From Candidatus Puniceispirillum sp. (GTDB lineage Bacteria; Pseudomonadota; Alphaproteobacteria; Puniceispirillales; Puniceispirillaceae), in assembly GCA_028383305.1 (NCBI GenBank), contig JAOEVD010000003.1:5442-69441 (forward strand): a stretch of 64,000 bases of DNA, read 5' to 3'. Each line of letters begins with the position of its first letter. The stretch's first letter is position 1. Below are positions 21,793-31,474 of this stretch, piece after piece. Under the pieces are notes generated by a model. The model saw only the letters and a program-made list of their open reading frames with translations. It made no database searches and was not told where the DNA came from. The position numbers and the translations under genes were made by a program.

Positions 21793-23184
21793 CTAATCGA
21801 TTGATAGAACCGCGCCCATGCCTGACGCGGCATGTTCAAGCATATGACAATGAAAAAGCCATAGACCCGGGTTATCAGCCTTGAAAACAAGGCTAATACG
21901 TTCTTGCGGTTGCATAAGCCATGTGTCACGCTGGCCTGCGGGAAGCGCCAGCGTCGGGTCATCCGACATAACCCAGAAATGATGGCCGTGAAGATGCATC
22001 GCATGGCGCCATGCTGTATCATTATAGACATCAAGTGACACGAGATTGTTTTGATCAATCTCGGCAAAAAGCGTCGAATAGTCGCCAATCTGGCCGTTAA
22101 AGGCCCATAGTTTTTTGTGTTTTTGCGCCAATTCGCGAAGAGACAATTCCGCCCCTTCAAATGTGGCTTTTTGCAAATTGCCCATCGCGCCGCCCTGCAT
22201 GTGAATTGGAATGCGGCGCAGTTGCCTCAAAGATGGCAACGCCGCCGGTTTTGGCGTGTTAATTGGTGTTTTGCTGAGGCTTGAAGAGCCAAGCGCAGGA
22301 TCAACAAGCAGGGTTGCGGCTGGATGAGGTTCGCCAGTGCTGATTTCGGCAATATCGATGCTACCACGATCGATATCCAAAATAACATCGGCACGTTGCG
22401 CTGGTGCCAAGATGATTTTGGTCACCTGCTCAGGCTGGCAAAAAGCGCCATCAAGCGCAATCAAGGTTGCCGACGCATTGGTCAATTGGAAAGTCATGAT
22501 CCGCGCATTCGCTGCGCTGATCAGGCGTAAACGGATGCGCGCTTTGTCTTTCACCCGAAATTCGGGTGCCGATTTGCCATTGACTGTCAGCCAGTTGCCA
22601 AGCCGTCCACCATGTGACCAATCATGCAACCCGCCCAATGAGGCTTGGTCAATTTGCCCATCATTATCCAGCCGCCAATCATCAACCATCAAACATATAT
22701 CATGGTCAACGTCAGGGTCTTGGTCATCATCAATGATCAATGGGCCATAAAGCCCGCGCGCCACCTGTTCCCAGCCCATATTATGGGCGTGATACCAATA
22801 GGTGCCGCTGTCATTTAGCGGGAATTCATAAGCAAATGTCTCGCCGGGTTCGATCGGTGCTTGTGTTAGATTGGCAACACCGTCCATTTCATTCAAATTA
22901 CGAATACCGTGCCAGTGAATGGTCGTTGCCACATCAAGATTGTTGCGAACCTCAGCGCGAAGCATATCGCCGTTACGATAGCGCAGCATGGGGCCCGGGC
23001 AAGATTGGTTATAAAGCCATAGATCAGTGTCAGGCTGACCAATACCAGCAATGTTCTGCCGTGTCTTGCCAGCCGTGATTTGCTGTATTGTCGTTGCGGC
23101 ATTGAGGCGCGTCCATGGGGAAGGCGCAACCAATGAACTTGTTGCACCAGCGGCGGCGAGGGTGAGGAAATGACGACGTTTCAT
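21793..23184 (-). CDS. Tat-exported multicopper oxidase
   Basis: MKRRHFL Tat motif; HWHG, YWYHAH, HAMHLHGH, HCHMLEH..GM. Confidence 0.92.
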   Translation of the reverse strand: MKRRHFLTLAAAGATSSLVAPSPWTRLNAATTIQQITAGKTRQNIAGIGQPDTDLWLYNQSCPGPMLRYRNGDMLRAEVRNNLDVATTIHWHGIRNLNEMDGVANLTQAPIEPGETFAYEFPLNDSGTYWYHAHNMGWEQVARGLYGPLIIDDDQDPDVDHDICLMVDDWRLDNDGQIDQASLGGLHDWSHGGRLGNWLTVNGKSAPEFRVKDKARIRLRLISAANARIMTFQLTNASATLIALDGAFCQPEQVTKIILAPAQRADVILDIDRGSIDIAEISTGEPHPAATLLVDPALGSSSLSKTPINTPKPAALPSLRQLRRIPIHMQGGAMGNLQKATFEGAELSLRELAQKHKKLWAFNGQIGDYSTLFAEIDQNNLVSLDVYNDTAWRHAMHLHGHHFWVMSDDPTLALPAGQRDTWLMQPQERISLVFKADNPGLWLFHCHMLEHAASGMGAVLSID

Positions 23185-23289
23185 TTTTAGATTCTAGCAC
23201 CTGATTGCGGCATTGACGATTGGGAATCACATGCATCGGCTGATTTGTCACAGGCGACGGCTGCTAAGAGGTAACCATGAGCCAATAGC

Positions 23290-24096
23290 CTAAGGGGTTG
23301 CATTGGGAAAAAACAAAGGCCTGTTTGCAGGTTGGAAAGTGGCAATTGCGGTTTGCCCCTTGGGTGATAACAGCCAATCGGCAAAAACACGGGATTCGGC
23401 CACCTTTATCGTTGGGCAGTGGGTTTGACTGACCAAAACAACGCCATATTGGTTGAACAATGCCGGATCCCCCTGAAATAGCGGTATATGCGCGGTTTTG
23501 TTTTTGAATGTCAGCCATGTTGCCCGATCGGTAAGGGCATAGGCATCAGCCTGAACCGCAAAATTGAGCGTTGCTCCCATACCAAGGCCGGTTTCAAGAT
23601 ACCATTTGCCGCTTGCATCTGTTGGCGTTGTGCTTGCTGCCTGCCAAAATCGGCGTTCGGCCTTATGTGTGCCGCTATCATCACTTCGTGATGCGAATCT
23701 GGCTTTAGCTGCGGCAATTTTCTGAAAAGCCTCAATTGTTGTTTTGGCGGTTCTGATTTGTGCTGGATCATCCTTTGGTCCAACCAGAATGAAATCATTA
23801 TACATTAAATCATGGCGCTGACTGCCAAAGCCATCGATTACAAATTTTTCTTCATCAATTTTTGAATGGACAATGACCAGTTCGGCATCACATTTTTTGG
23901 CATTGCGAAGCGCCTGACCCGTGCCAACCGAAACAATTCGCACATTAATATCATTTTCAGCCTCGAATAACGGCAATAGATGGTCGTAAAGACCCGAATT
24001 TTGGATTGTGGTGGCGGATTGAACAATGATCACTGGCTTGGCAGCATGGCCAGTCATGGCGTAAAAGCTGGTCAAAAGCGCAATATAACCCGCCAT
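23290..24096 (-). CDS. tupA: Tungstate ABC substrate-binding protein TupA-like
   Basis: NSGL..LLP, VGTGQAL, MYNDF..GP..DPA, SRSDDSGTH, GMGATL, DRATW, NQY; start uncertain (24096 or 24162). Confidence 0.8.
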   Translation of the reverse strand: MAGYIALLTSFYAMTGHAAKPVIIVQSATTIQNSGLYDHLLPLFEAENDINVRIVSVGTGQALRNAKKCDAELVIVHSKIDEEKFVIDGFGSQRHDLMYNDFILVGPKDDPAQIRTAKTTIEAFQKIAAAKARFASRSDDSGTHKAERRFWQAASTTPTDASGKWYLETGLGMGATLNFAVQADAYALTDRATWLTFKNKTAHIPLFQGDPALFNQYGVVLVSQTHCPTIKVAESRVFADWLLSPKGQTAIATFQPANRPLFFPNATP

Positions 24097-24161
24097 CACC
24101 AATCGCGTGAAACACGATAGGCGGCGCAAAATTGAAAAAAAGCTGAAACCAAGTTGGATCA

Positions 24162-24188
24162 TTCTTATGTTTTATTGAATATTAAGAA
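24162..24188. promoter_or_regulatory. Candidate ModE/Mo-box between divergent tupA and modE
   Basis: TTCTTATGTTTTATTGAATATTAAGAA, inverted TTCTTA..TAAGAA arms. Confidence 0.35.
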
Positions 24189-24285
24189 GCGTTGCAAACC
24201 CGATGTTTTGTTTTTCATATCGCCTAGCATGTGGATAATAGGTAAGGTTGAGACGGACAGTATTTGTTGGCGAAGGAGGTCATTT

Positions 24286-24669
24286 TTGATCGCAGCAAAA
24301 AAGACACGGCATGCGGCACAAGAACCGGGGGTGCGTACGAAATTATTCATTGCTGATGAGACCATTGGCCTTGGAAAAATCAATTTGCTGGCCTTGCTTG
24401 GCGAGGCTGGGTCAATTAGCGCGGCCGCGCGCCAGATGGGAATGAGTTATCGCCGCGCGTGGTTCCTGCTTGACTCGATGCAAAGCGGGTTTCGTGACCC
24501 TTTGTTTGTGACCGAGCGCGGAGGGTCGAGCAAAGGTGGGGCGACATTAACCCCGCTTGGCAAAGATTTGATTCGCCGCTATCGGGCGCATGTTGCCCTT
24601 GTTGACGATCAATCAGCCGATATTTTGTTATGGATGCGGTCTGTTCAGACTGATCATAATAATGATTAG
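24286..24669 (+). CDS. modE: ModE-family regulator, HTH domain only
   Basis: GKINLL..GSISAAARQMGMSYRRAW..RGG..GGATLT; AGGAGG before TTG 24286; no MOP domains. Confidence 0.85.
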   Translation: MIAAKKTRHAAQEPGVRTKLFIADETIGLGKINLLALLGEAGSISAAARQMGMSYRRAWFLLDSMQSGFRDPLFVTERGGSSKGGATLTPLGKDLIRRYRAHVALVDDQSADILLWMRSVQTDHNND

Positions 24670-24769
24670 GCGATGTTGTTTGGGAAAACAGCGCTCGCAA
24701 CGGGTTCATCTGCGTCGAAAAAGCTGTTAGACTAGTCCTAATAATATTTAATTTAGGGTTTTACTGATA

Positions 24770-25072
24770 ATGAAATTTCCACCATGGCATCAACGGCCTG
24801 ATGACTTTGATCCGGAAACGCATCGTGATGGCATTTTGGATAGCCAGTCTTTTTTGCGCGTTGCCGACCAGTTTATCTCGCTGGCAAATCAGCGAAACAA
24901 AAAGATCGAATCAACCGAATTACAAATGGTAATGCTGTATGCGGCGGCGCGTTATGCCGCGCATGTTGGCAAAAATGTTTTGAATGTTGAAGAACAAGAA
25001 GATTTTGTTCAGCATATGGTGGCACAATATGCCGATATGTTGCGTGAACATATGGCCGATCCAACGGTTTAG
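24770..25072 (+). CDS. Hypothetical protein (DUF3144-like)
   Basis: ADQFISLAN..LYAAARY pattern. Confidence 0.6.
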   Translation: MKFPPWHQRPDDFDPETHRDGILDSQSFLRVADQFISLANQRNKKIESTELQMVMLYAAARYAAHVGKNVLNVEEQEDFVQHMVAQYADMLREHMADPTV

Positions 25073-25081
25073 AAAAAGGGT

Positions 25082-25477
25082 TTGTTTATTTTGCGTTTGT
25101 TTGGTCAGTCTATTATTGCCGCCGCTTTGTTTGGTGGCGCCTTTATTGGTTTAGCAGCCAAAGCCGATACCGCAGTTGAACGAGGTTTGAAAGTGGTGCG
25201 CGAACACTGCACGCGATGCCATGTTGTGCCGGGGATCAACCCTTATGGCGGTATTGGATCCACCCCGTCATTTTCGGCGATGAAATGGCTTGATGATTGG
25301 GCATATCGATTTGAGATTTTTTATATTTTGCCGCCGCATCCATCACTTGTTCGGATCGAAGGCGTAAGCGAGCCAAGAAGTGACGCCCTGCCAGCCTTTA
25401 GCAAAGAAATCATCCTTACCCTTGAGGATGTTGATGACATATTAGCATTTGTTAAAACCCTAAAAACACCCGAATAA
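25082..25477 (+). CDS. Periplasmic monoheme cytochrome c
   Basis: Signal peptide and CTRCH heme motif. Confidence 0.8.
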   Translation: MFILRLFGQSIIAAALFGGAFIGLAAKADTAVERGLKVVREHCTRCHVVPGINPYGGIGSTPSFSAMKWLDDWAYRFEIFYILPPHPSLVRIEGVSEPRSDALPAFSKEIILTLEDVDDILAFVKTLKTPE

Positions 25478-25552
25478 GGGGAAATGGTTTAACGAGCAAA
25501 GCCTCAAAATTACAAGGCCTGATGCAAAAGGCCCATTAAGATAGGAATGACG

Positions 25553-25780
25553 ATGAGCAAAGACCAACGCGAAGATATGACTGCTAGTGAAATGGCAATG
25601 CGAAAATTTTTAAAGCAGCTAGGCGTGACCGCGCATCAGGAATTGGCTGGCGCGATTGCTAAAGCCGTGGCCGATGACAAAATTGTGGCTGGCGCAGACG
25701 TGGTGGTAACAGCGCGTATTGAGATTGCCGATCTGCAATTCACACATGACGTCACGGCAAATTTGGTGGCACCTGAATAA
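25553..25780 (+). CDS. Small conserved protein (DUF6494-like)
   Basis: MRKFLKQLGVT pattern; stop directly abuts mrp start. Confidence 0.6.
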   Translation: MSKDQREDMTASEMAMRKFLKQLGVTAHQELAGAIAKAVADDKIVAGADVVVTARIEIADLQFTHDVTANLVAPE

Positions 25781-26869
25781 ATGGCCGCTTTGACCCAAGA
25801 GTTGATTCTGGCGGCGCTGGCGAATGTTCAAGACCCATCGCAGGGGCGCGATATCGTTGCGCTTGGCATGGTAACCGGCTTGCAGATCAAGGATAGCAAT
25901 ATCAGTTTTGCCCTTCAGGTGCCTGCGCATCGTGGGCCAGCAATGGAACCGGTGCGCTGTGCTGCGGAAAAGGCGGCGTTGGCGATTGACGGCGTGACCA
26001 GCGCAACCGTGATGGTTACCGCGCATGCTGGCGATCAGGGGGGCATGAGCGCCTTGTCTGAAGATGAAGGGCCAGGGACCGAAAAAATCCTTGAGAGCAA
26101 GGTGCGCCGCTTTGTTGCGGTGGCATCGGGCAAAGGCGGTGTTGGCAAATCAACAACAGCGGTAAACCTGGCCATTGCATTGCGCCTTGAGGGGTTGCGG
26201 GTTGGTTTGCTTGACGCCGATGTTTATGGGCCGTCACAGCCGCGTATGCTTGGTGTGAGTGGTCGTCCGGCGTCGGCGGGTGGTGACATGGTAAAGCCGC
26301 TGGAAAGCTATGGCGTGCATCTAATGTCGATGGGATTGCTGGTGCCTGACGATACGGCGATGATCTGGCGTGGACCGATGGTGCAATCGGCGTTGACGCA
26401 AATGCTGGACTCGGTTGCATGGGGCGTGCTTGATGTGATCATTATTGATTTGCCGCCCGGAACCGGTGATATTCAGATATCATTGGCGCAACAGGTGAAT
26501 TTGGCGGGGGCCGTGATTGTGTCAACGCCGCAGGATATTGCCCTGCTAGATGTTGTTAAAGCATTGACAATGTTCGAAAAAGCGAATGTGCCGGTACTGG
26601 GGATGGTGCAGAATATGTCGTATTGGAGTTGTCCGGATTGTGGCCGTAAAGACCATATTTTTGGCGATGGCGGCGCAGCGCGCGAGGCGAAAAAACGTGG
26701 TATTGAACTGCTTGGGGAAATTCCTTTGTCAATGGCAGTTCGGGTTGGTTCGGATTCAGGGACTCCCATTGTTGTTGCCGAGCCGCAATCTGAACAGGCA
26801 AAGACTTTTCGCAGTATTGCTAGACGTTTGATGGTGGTCGCCGATCTCCATAATGAGGAAAGCGCATGA
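25781..26869 (+). CDS. apbC: Mrp/ApbC Fe-S cluster carrier ATPase
   Basis: N-terminal DUF59-like domain, GKGGVGKST, DADVYGPS, WRGP, DLPPGTGD, CPDC. Confidence 0.92.
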   Translation: MAALTQELILAALANVQDPSQGRDIVALGMVTGLQIKDSNISFALQVPAHRGPAMEPVRCAAEKAALAIDGVTSATVMVTAHAGDQGGMSALSEDEGPGTEKILESKVRRFVAVASGKGGVGKSTTAVNLAIALRLEGLRVGLLDADVYGPSQPRMLGVSGRPASAGGDMVKPLESYGVHLMSMGLLVPDDTAMIWRGPMVQSALTQMLDSVAWGVLDVIIIDLPPGTGDIQISLAQQVNLAGAVIVSTPQDIALLDVVKALTMFEKANVPVLGMVQNMSYWSCPDCGRKDHIFGDGGAAREAKKRGIELLGEIPLSMAVRVGSDSGTPIVVAEPQSEQAKTFRSIARRLMVVADLHNEESA

Positions 26870-27639
26870 CATTGTATTATGAAGATGATCCGGCCGATCA
26901 AACAACCGTGCCGCAATTGCCGCCTTTGCTAAGGGCTGTTGAAGTGCCTGCAGGTCAGGATGTGTTGGCCAAGGCCGTTGCGGTCGCCGCAAATACCGAA
27001 GTTGGCACTGTTTTTTACGCTGAAAGAATTGACCGGATGCAGATTGCCGTTCGACTAGAGCCGGATGTTGCGGTTCGTCAAGCTGGGCAGATGCTGTTTG
27101 CAATGATGATTGGGCTTGGTGACTCAATCGGGGCGCTAGCGCCGCCTGAGATTGCTGTCACATATCAATTGCCGGGCTATGTAATGCTAAATCGTGGGCG
27201 TGCCGGCATGGTGCGTTTGGTAATTGATCCGACAGCAGGCAGCGATGATGTGCCAAAATGGATGATTGTCAGCGCCGATGTGCGTTTGACCGCTGACGAA
27301 CAGGATCAGGCTGAATGGTCACAAACCCCTGGCGCAGAACAAACCTCGATGGCCGAAGAAGGGGGCGGGTTTATTTCGCGCACCCGCTTGGTTGAATCAA
27401 GCTGCCGACATTTTCTTGCTTGGGTAAACCGCTGGCAAGATGACGGTTTCCGCCCGCTTTATGACAGTTGGATGCAGCGGCTAGAAGCATCCGCGCCAAT
27501 CGATTTCGCTGGCGGTGAACAGGCTGAATGGCTTGGTCTTGATGAACATGGCGGCGCGTTGGTTAAGCTTGATGGAAAAGCATCATCGGTTATGCCACAT
27601 GAACTCGAAGCTGTTTGTGGTACGCCAGTTCTGCCCTAA
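26866..27639 (+). CDS. Biotin/lipoate ligase-fold protein (divergent)
   Basis: AVRLEP..LAPPE..NRGRAG..TSMAEEG..RHFLAW..W..DGF..GLDEHGG pattern; overlaps mrp stop (ATGA). Confidence 0.65.
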   Translation: MTLYYEDDPADQTTVPQLPPLLRAVEVPAGQDVLAKAVAVAANTEVGTVFYAERIDRMQIAVRLEPDVAVRQAGQMLFAMMIGLGDSIGALAPPEIAVTYQLPGYVMLNRGRAGMVRLVIDPTAGSDDVPKWMIVSADVRLTADEQDQAEWSQTPGAEQTSMAEEGGGFISRTRLVESSCRHFLAWVNRWQDDGFRPLYDSWMQRLEASAPIDFAGGEQAEWLGLDEHGGALVKLDGKASSVMPHELEAVCGTPVLP

Positions 27640-27679
27640 GGGGCTGGTCTGTTGTGGATAGGGAATTGGTAAACCAGCT

Positions 27680-28201
27680 ATGAAACTCGCAAAAACCATC
27701 CGGTTTGACCGGTCTGATCTGAATGTGTTTCCGCTGGCAGCTGATGAAGGCGAATGGGCGCTTGTTGGCACTTTCTGCTTTGCTGGTATTGGCGAGACAG
27801 ATATTAAAGGCAAGGTAAAACAAGCGTTTAGCAATGGGTTTTTTGGGCTTGATTCAATGGGCTTCTCAACCTTGGTTAGCATTGTCACAGTAAAGCCGGA
27901 TGATCTTGGCAAGATTGAAAAACGGCTTTGTTCGATTTTTATGAATGAGTTTGGTGCCCCTGACGAAGCAGCGGCGATGGCCGCGGTGGCTGAAGAAATC
28001 AAATTTATGGCAGATTTATGCGCCGAACATAAAACTGGCACTTTGCTGGCGATTCAGCGCAGTCTTGGCGATGACGGAATTCGCGAGTTGTTTCGCAGCC
28101 TTGCCAAGCCTGAATCTTGCGCCGAGCAGAAAATCTGGACAATGGTCGATGATGATGACGCCGCAGATAGTGCTGAAGGTCATGCGCATGGCAAGGGATA
28201 A
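27680..28201 (+). CDS. FDH-associated hypothetical protein (DUF6505-like)
   Basis: MKLAKTIRFDRSDLNVF..GEWA..QAFSNGF. Confidence 0.65.
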   Translation: MKLAKTIRFDRSDLNVFPLAADEGEWALVGTFCFAGIGETDIKGKVKQAFSNGFFGLDSMGFSTLVSIVTVKPDDLGKIEKRLCSIFMNEFGAPDEAAAMAAVAEEIKFMADLCAEHKTGTLLAIQRSLGDDGIRELFRSLAKPESCAEQKIWTMVDDDDAADSAEGHAHGKG

Positions 28202-28242
28202 TAGGCACCGGTGATTGGGCCTTCATGGAGTTTGAGAACGCA

Positions 28243-29232
28243 ATGAGCAATGATTTTTGGCTTACCTCTGGATGGCATTTAACACTTCGTGACGATTATG
28301 GGCATATGGTGCCAATCGCCGATTTTATGCGCGCCTATTTCATGCGTGAAGAAGTGGCCCCTGAAGAGGGGTCATGTGATGCTGAAATTGCGCTTCATAA
28401 GAAATTGGTTGATGATCCTTTTGCTGCGGTGGTGCCAACGGATCTGTTTGAAATTGCTGATAAAGATGTTGTGCATAATTATCAGGCGGTTTTGCGGTTC
28501 CGTAATTTTCTGGCAGATTACCCGACTTTGGAATCGGCCTACCTGGCAATGGCACGCAATGCCCAGCCAAATATCCCACCGCTGTTTTTTGAACAGATAG
28601 CGCAGATTATTCTTCGTAATATTCTTGATGGCGAAACCGACCCCTTGCAATTACGGGCAGCCGAGATTCTATTCCGCAATCAGGTGGTGACGATTGATGA
28701 TGGGCGGATCATGGTTGCGGATCACGCAACAGTGCAGCTGCAATCAGGCATGCAAAAGGCGCTTAAGCCAACAAGTGCGAATGATGAGGTGCAAATTGAT
28801 ATTCTTGCAACGGAAACGGCCGATGAATATTGGGAACGATCCGACCTGTTTAACACATCAATTGACATCGCCTATACCCAGCCAGCACTTGATGGTTTGG
28901 CACGGGTTTTGGAAAAATGGATTGCGCATTTTCTGCCGCTTACGGTTCGCGTTTCGCCAATGGTCAAAATCGAAGATGAAGCCTGGTCATGGCATATTGG
29001 CCTTGATGCCGAAGCCACCAAAATTCTGAATGACCTGTATCGTGGTGACGAGGTTGATGCGCCGAGATTGCGGCGCATTTTATGTCTTTTCAAATTGGAA
29101 ACCGATAACGGGTTTGTCGCTGAAATGGCAGGTAAGCCGGTTTACCTTGGGCTGGCAATGGATGAGGCAGGGGTCGCAAGAATGAAACCGCAGAACTTGC
29201 TTGTAAATCTGCCGGTTAGCGATTCATCTTAA
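28243..29232 (+). CDS. FDH-associated hypothetical protein (DUF6352-like)
   Basis: DFWLTSGWHL start, W.WHIGLD, C-terminal KPQNLLVNLP. Confidence 0.65.
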   Translation: MSNDFWLTSGWHLTLRDDYGHMVPIADFMRAYFMREEVAPEEGSCDAEIALHKKLVDDPFAAVVPTDLFEIADKDVVHNYQAVLRFRNFLADYPTLESAYLAMARNAQPNIPPLFFEQIAQIILRNILDGETDPLQLRAAEILFRNQVVTIDDGRIMVADHATVQLQSGMQKALKPTSANDEVQIDILATETADEYWERSDLFNTSIDIAYTQPALDGLARVLEKWIAHFLPLTVRVSPMVKIEDEAWSWHIGLDAEATKILNDLYRGDEVDAPRLRRILCLFKLETDNGFVAEMAGKPVYLGLAMDEAGVARMKPQNLLVNLPVSDSS

Positions 29233-29307
29233 TTTAATATTTGAATATCTATAAGGCTGACATGCGGCAGATTTCAAATCCAAACTGCCCCAGATTTAAC
29301 GGCTTGA

Positions 29308-31338
29308 TTAATTCAGGTAATCGTCAGTCGTGCGGGGTTTTGGCCGATCGCGCATTTCCATCATTTTATCTTTCTGCTCGAACATGGCCTCAACACGGCA
29401 ATCTTCACACATTTTCAGGATGTCGGTCTTTGCGCTGTCTTGAAACATGCTGTGATCGGCGAGCTTGCTGATCACCCGCTCGATTGATTTTGAACTGCCA
29501 AATGGTTTGCCGCAGGATGTGCATTCAAATGGTGTATCTTCGATAATCAGCTCGGTTGCCATCGCGCTGTCGGCAAGATTGAATTGCGGCACAAGCGCGA
29601 TCACTTTTTCAGGGCAGGTTGCAACGCAAATACCGCATTGCAGACAGGCATCTTCACGGAATAGCAATTGCGGTGCATCAGGATTATCCTGCAACGCGCC
29701 AGCGGGGCAGGCGCTGACACAAGACAGGCAGATCGTACAATTATCTGTATCAATCTCAACACGGCCATAAGGCGCGCCAGCAGGCAAATCAATCATGGTT
29801 CCCGCCGTGCCATTTGCGTTGGCAAGGCCGCGCATGGCAAGCCGTGTCATTGAACGCGGCGCACCAATCGGGCTGAATGGCGCTGGCTTAGCATTGTTTT
29901 TACACGGGCTGTTGTAAAAGATTTCGGCAACCGCGTCAGGATCGACAGCATCTACAAGAATAATACGGTTATCAGCATCAGCCTTTACACCGGAAAGCAT
30001 CGATCTTGCCAATGTCACCTGATCGACAAGCGGGGCATTTTCGACGTCTTTAGCTGGATTCAGCAGTACAAAGACCTGCTGATAACCAAGCGCAATTGCT
30101 GCCACCATAATATCATGTCCAGCACGGCCCATTGCATGCATCGAAACAGGCAGTAGACTGGCTGGTAAACCGCGGCCAAAACGGGCAATGGTTTCAATCA
30201 TTTCGGCGCCATAGGAATCATCATGAAGTAATAGGCTTGGGGCTTTGCCGCCAGCTGTCTGATAATAATCATGAAGGTTCGCGATGCTGGTTAACAGCCC
30301 GTCTGCAGGCGGGTAGGCGGTTTGTGCCGCACCCGATGGACAGACTGCGCCACAAAGGCCGCAGCCACCGCAAATGGCCGGATCAATTGCAACATGATCG
30401 CCAAGGCTTTGAATGGCACCGGCTGGGCAGACATCAAGGCAACGTGAACAGCCGTCAATTTTATTGCGCGAATGAGCGCAAAGATTTTCATCAAAATTCA
30501 CATAGATTGGCTTTTCAAAGCCGCCAATCATTTGCGCAGCTTCGCTTTCGATAGCGGCAAGCGCGTTGATGTCATCACCCGCGGCGCGGAAATATCCGTC
30601 GCGTTTTTCCCAGCCGGTGAAAAGTGGTGTATCGCCGGTTAGATCGATCAGAATATCGCAGCTTGTTTCGACATCATTTGCTCGATTTTCAAATTGAAGC
30701 GAGTCACGGCTTGATGGCAAGGCCGCGCCAAATTGGTCAACCACTATATCGAAATGCGTGAAATGGCCTTTGGCGCTTTTGATTTTACCCGTTGCAAGGA
30801 TGCCGCAGTCCTTTGTTGGAAATAGATCATCGTTTGGATTGGCAATCATAACGGTAACGCCCAATTGACCATTTAATTTCTGGCCAAGCGCAATGGCAGC
30901 ATCGGCACCGCCGTTCGGACGACCCATATCGGCATAAATTAAACAGCGGCCGTCAGAATTTAGCGCAAGGCTTCGTGATGGTGTTTGGCGATCACCTGAC
31001 TGTTTGATCAAAGCGGCAATTTTGGCCGTGCTGCTTGCTGACTCATCTGACCAGCCAGCGCGCTCACGGATATTGACGGTTGCAGGCAAGGGGCATTCAA
31101 TTTCTTCGGCAATGGCGTTAAAAACTGATGTTTCCTGTGTGCAGGCAATCAATAAAGATTGATTCGCGTCACGGGCGTCGCGCATGGCAGCGGCCAGATC
31201 GCCTGTTTCTGTCCGGCAAAGCGAGGTTGCGATCTTGCAGCCACCCTCGGCACCGCAGGCTTTTGCCAGTTTGGTGCCGTCGAGCGTCATTGTGCCGTCG
31301 CAATTACACAGGATTACCTTGGCGTCTGATAAATTCAT
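29308..31338 (-). CDS. Multi-4Fe-4S protein associated with formate dehydrogenase
   Basis: CNC..LCR..ACTQE..NIRE N-terminus; CAH..CSRCLDVCP, CGGCGLCGAVCP, CTICLSCVSACP, CLQCGICVATCP, CTSCG, CEDC. Confidence 0.85.
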   Translation of the reverse strand: MNLSDAKVILCNCDGTMTLDGTKLAKACGAEGGCKIATSLCRTETGDLAAAMRDARDANQSLLIACTQETSVFNAIAEEIECPLPATVNIRERAGWSDESASSTAKIAALIKQSGDRQTPSRSLALNSDGRCLIYADMGRPNGGADAAIALGQKLNGQLGVTVMIANPNDDLFPTKDCGILATGKIKSAKGHFTHFDIVVDQFGAALPSSRDSLQFENRANDVETSCDILIDLTGDTPLFTGWEKRDGYFRAAGDDINALAAIESEAAQMIGGFEKPIYVNFDENLCAHSRNKIDGCSRCLDVCPAGAIQSLGDHVAIDPAICGGCGLCGAVCPSGAAQTAYPPADGLLTSIANLHDYYQTAGGKAPSLLLHDDSYGAEMIETIARFGRGLPASLLPVSMHAMGRAGHDIMVAAIALGYQQVFVLLNPAKDVENAPLVDQVTLARSMLSGVKADADNRIILVDAVDPDAVAEIFYNSPCKNNAKPAPFSPIGAPRSMTRLAMRGLANANGTAGTMIDLPAGAPYGRVEIDTDNCTICLSCVSACPAGALQDNPDAPQLLFREDACLQCGICVATCPEKVIALVPQFNLADSAMATELIIEDTPFECTSCGKPFGSSKSIERVISKLADHSMFQDSAKTDILKMCEDCRVEAMFEQKDKMMEMRDRPKPRTTDDYLN

Positions 31339-31474
31339 CGAAAAAACCTTTTGATTGCGTTGTGGCCAGGGTTGTTTGAATACAAGTTGTCCCGCTAAAC
31401 TAGCTTACATCGCGCTAAAGACAAGTACGTTTCGCGATATACCTTGCAAAGCGCAGACATTTTGATGGATAGTC

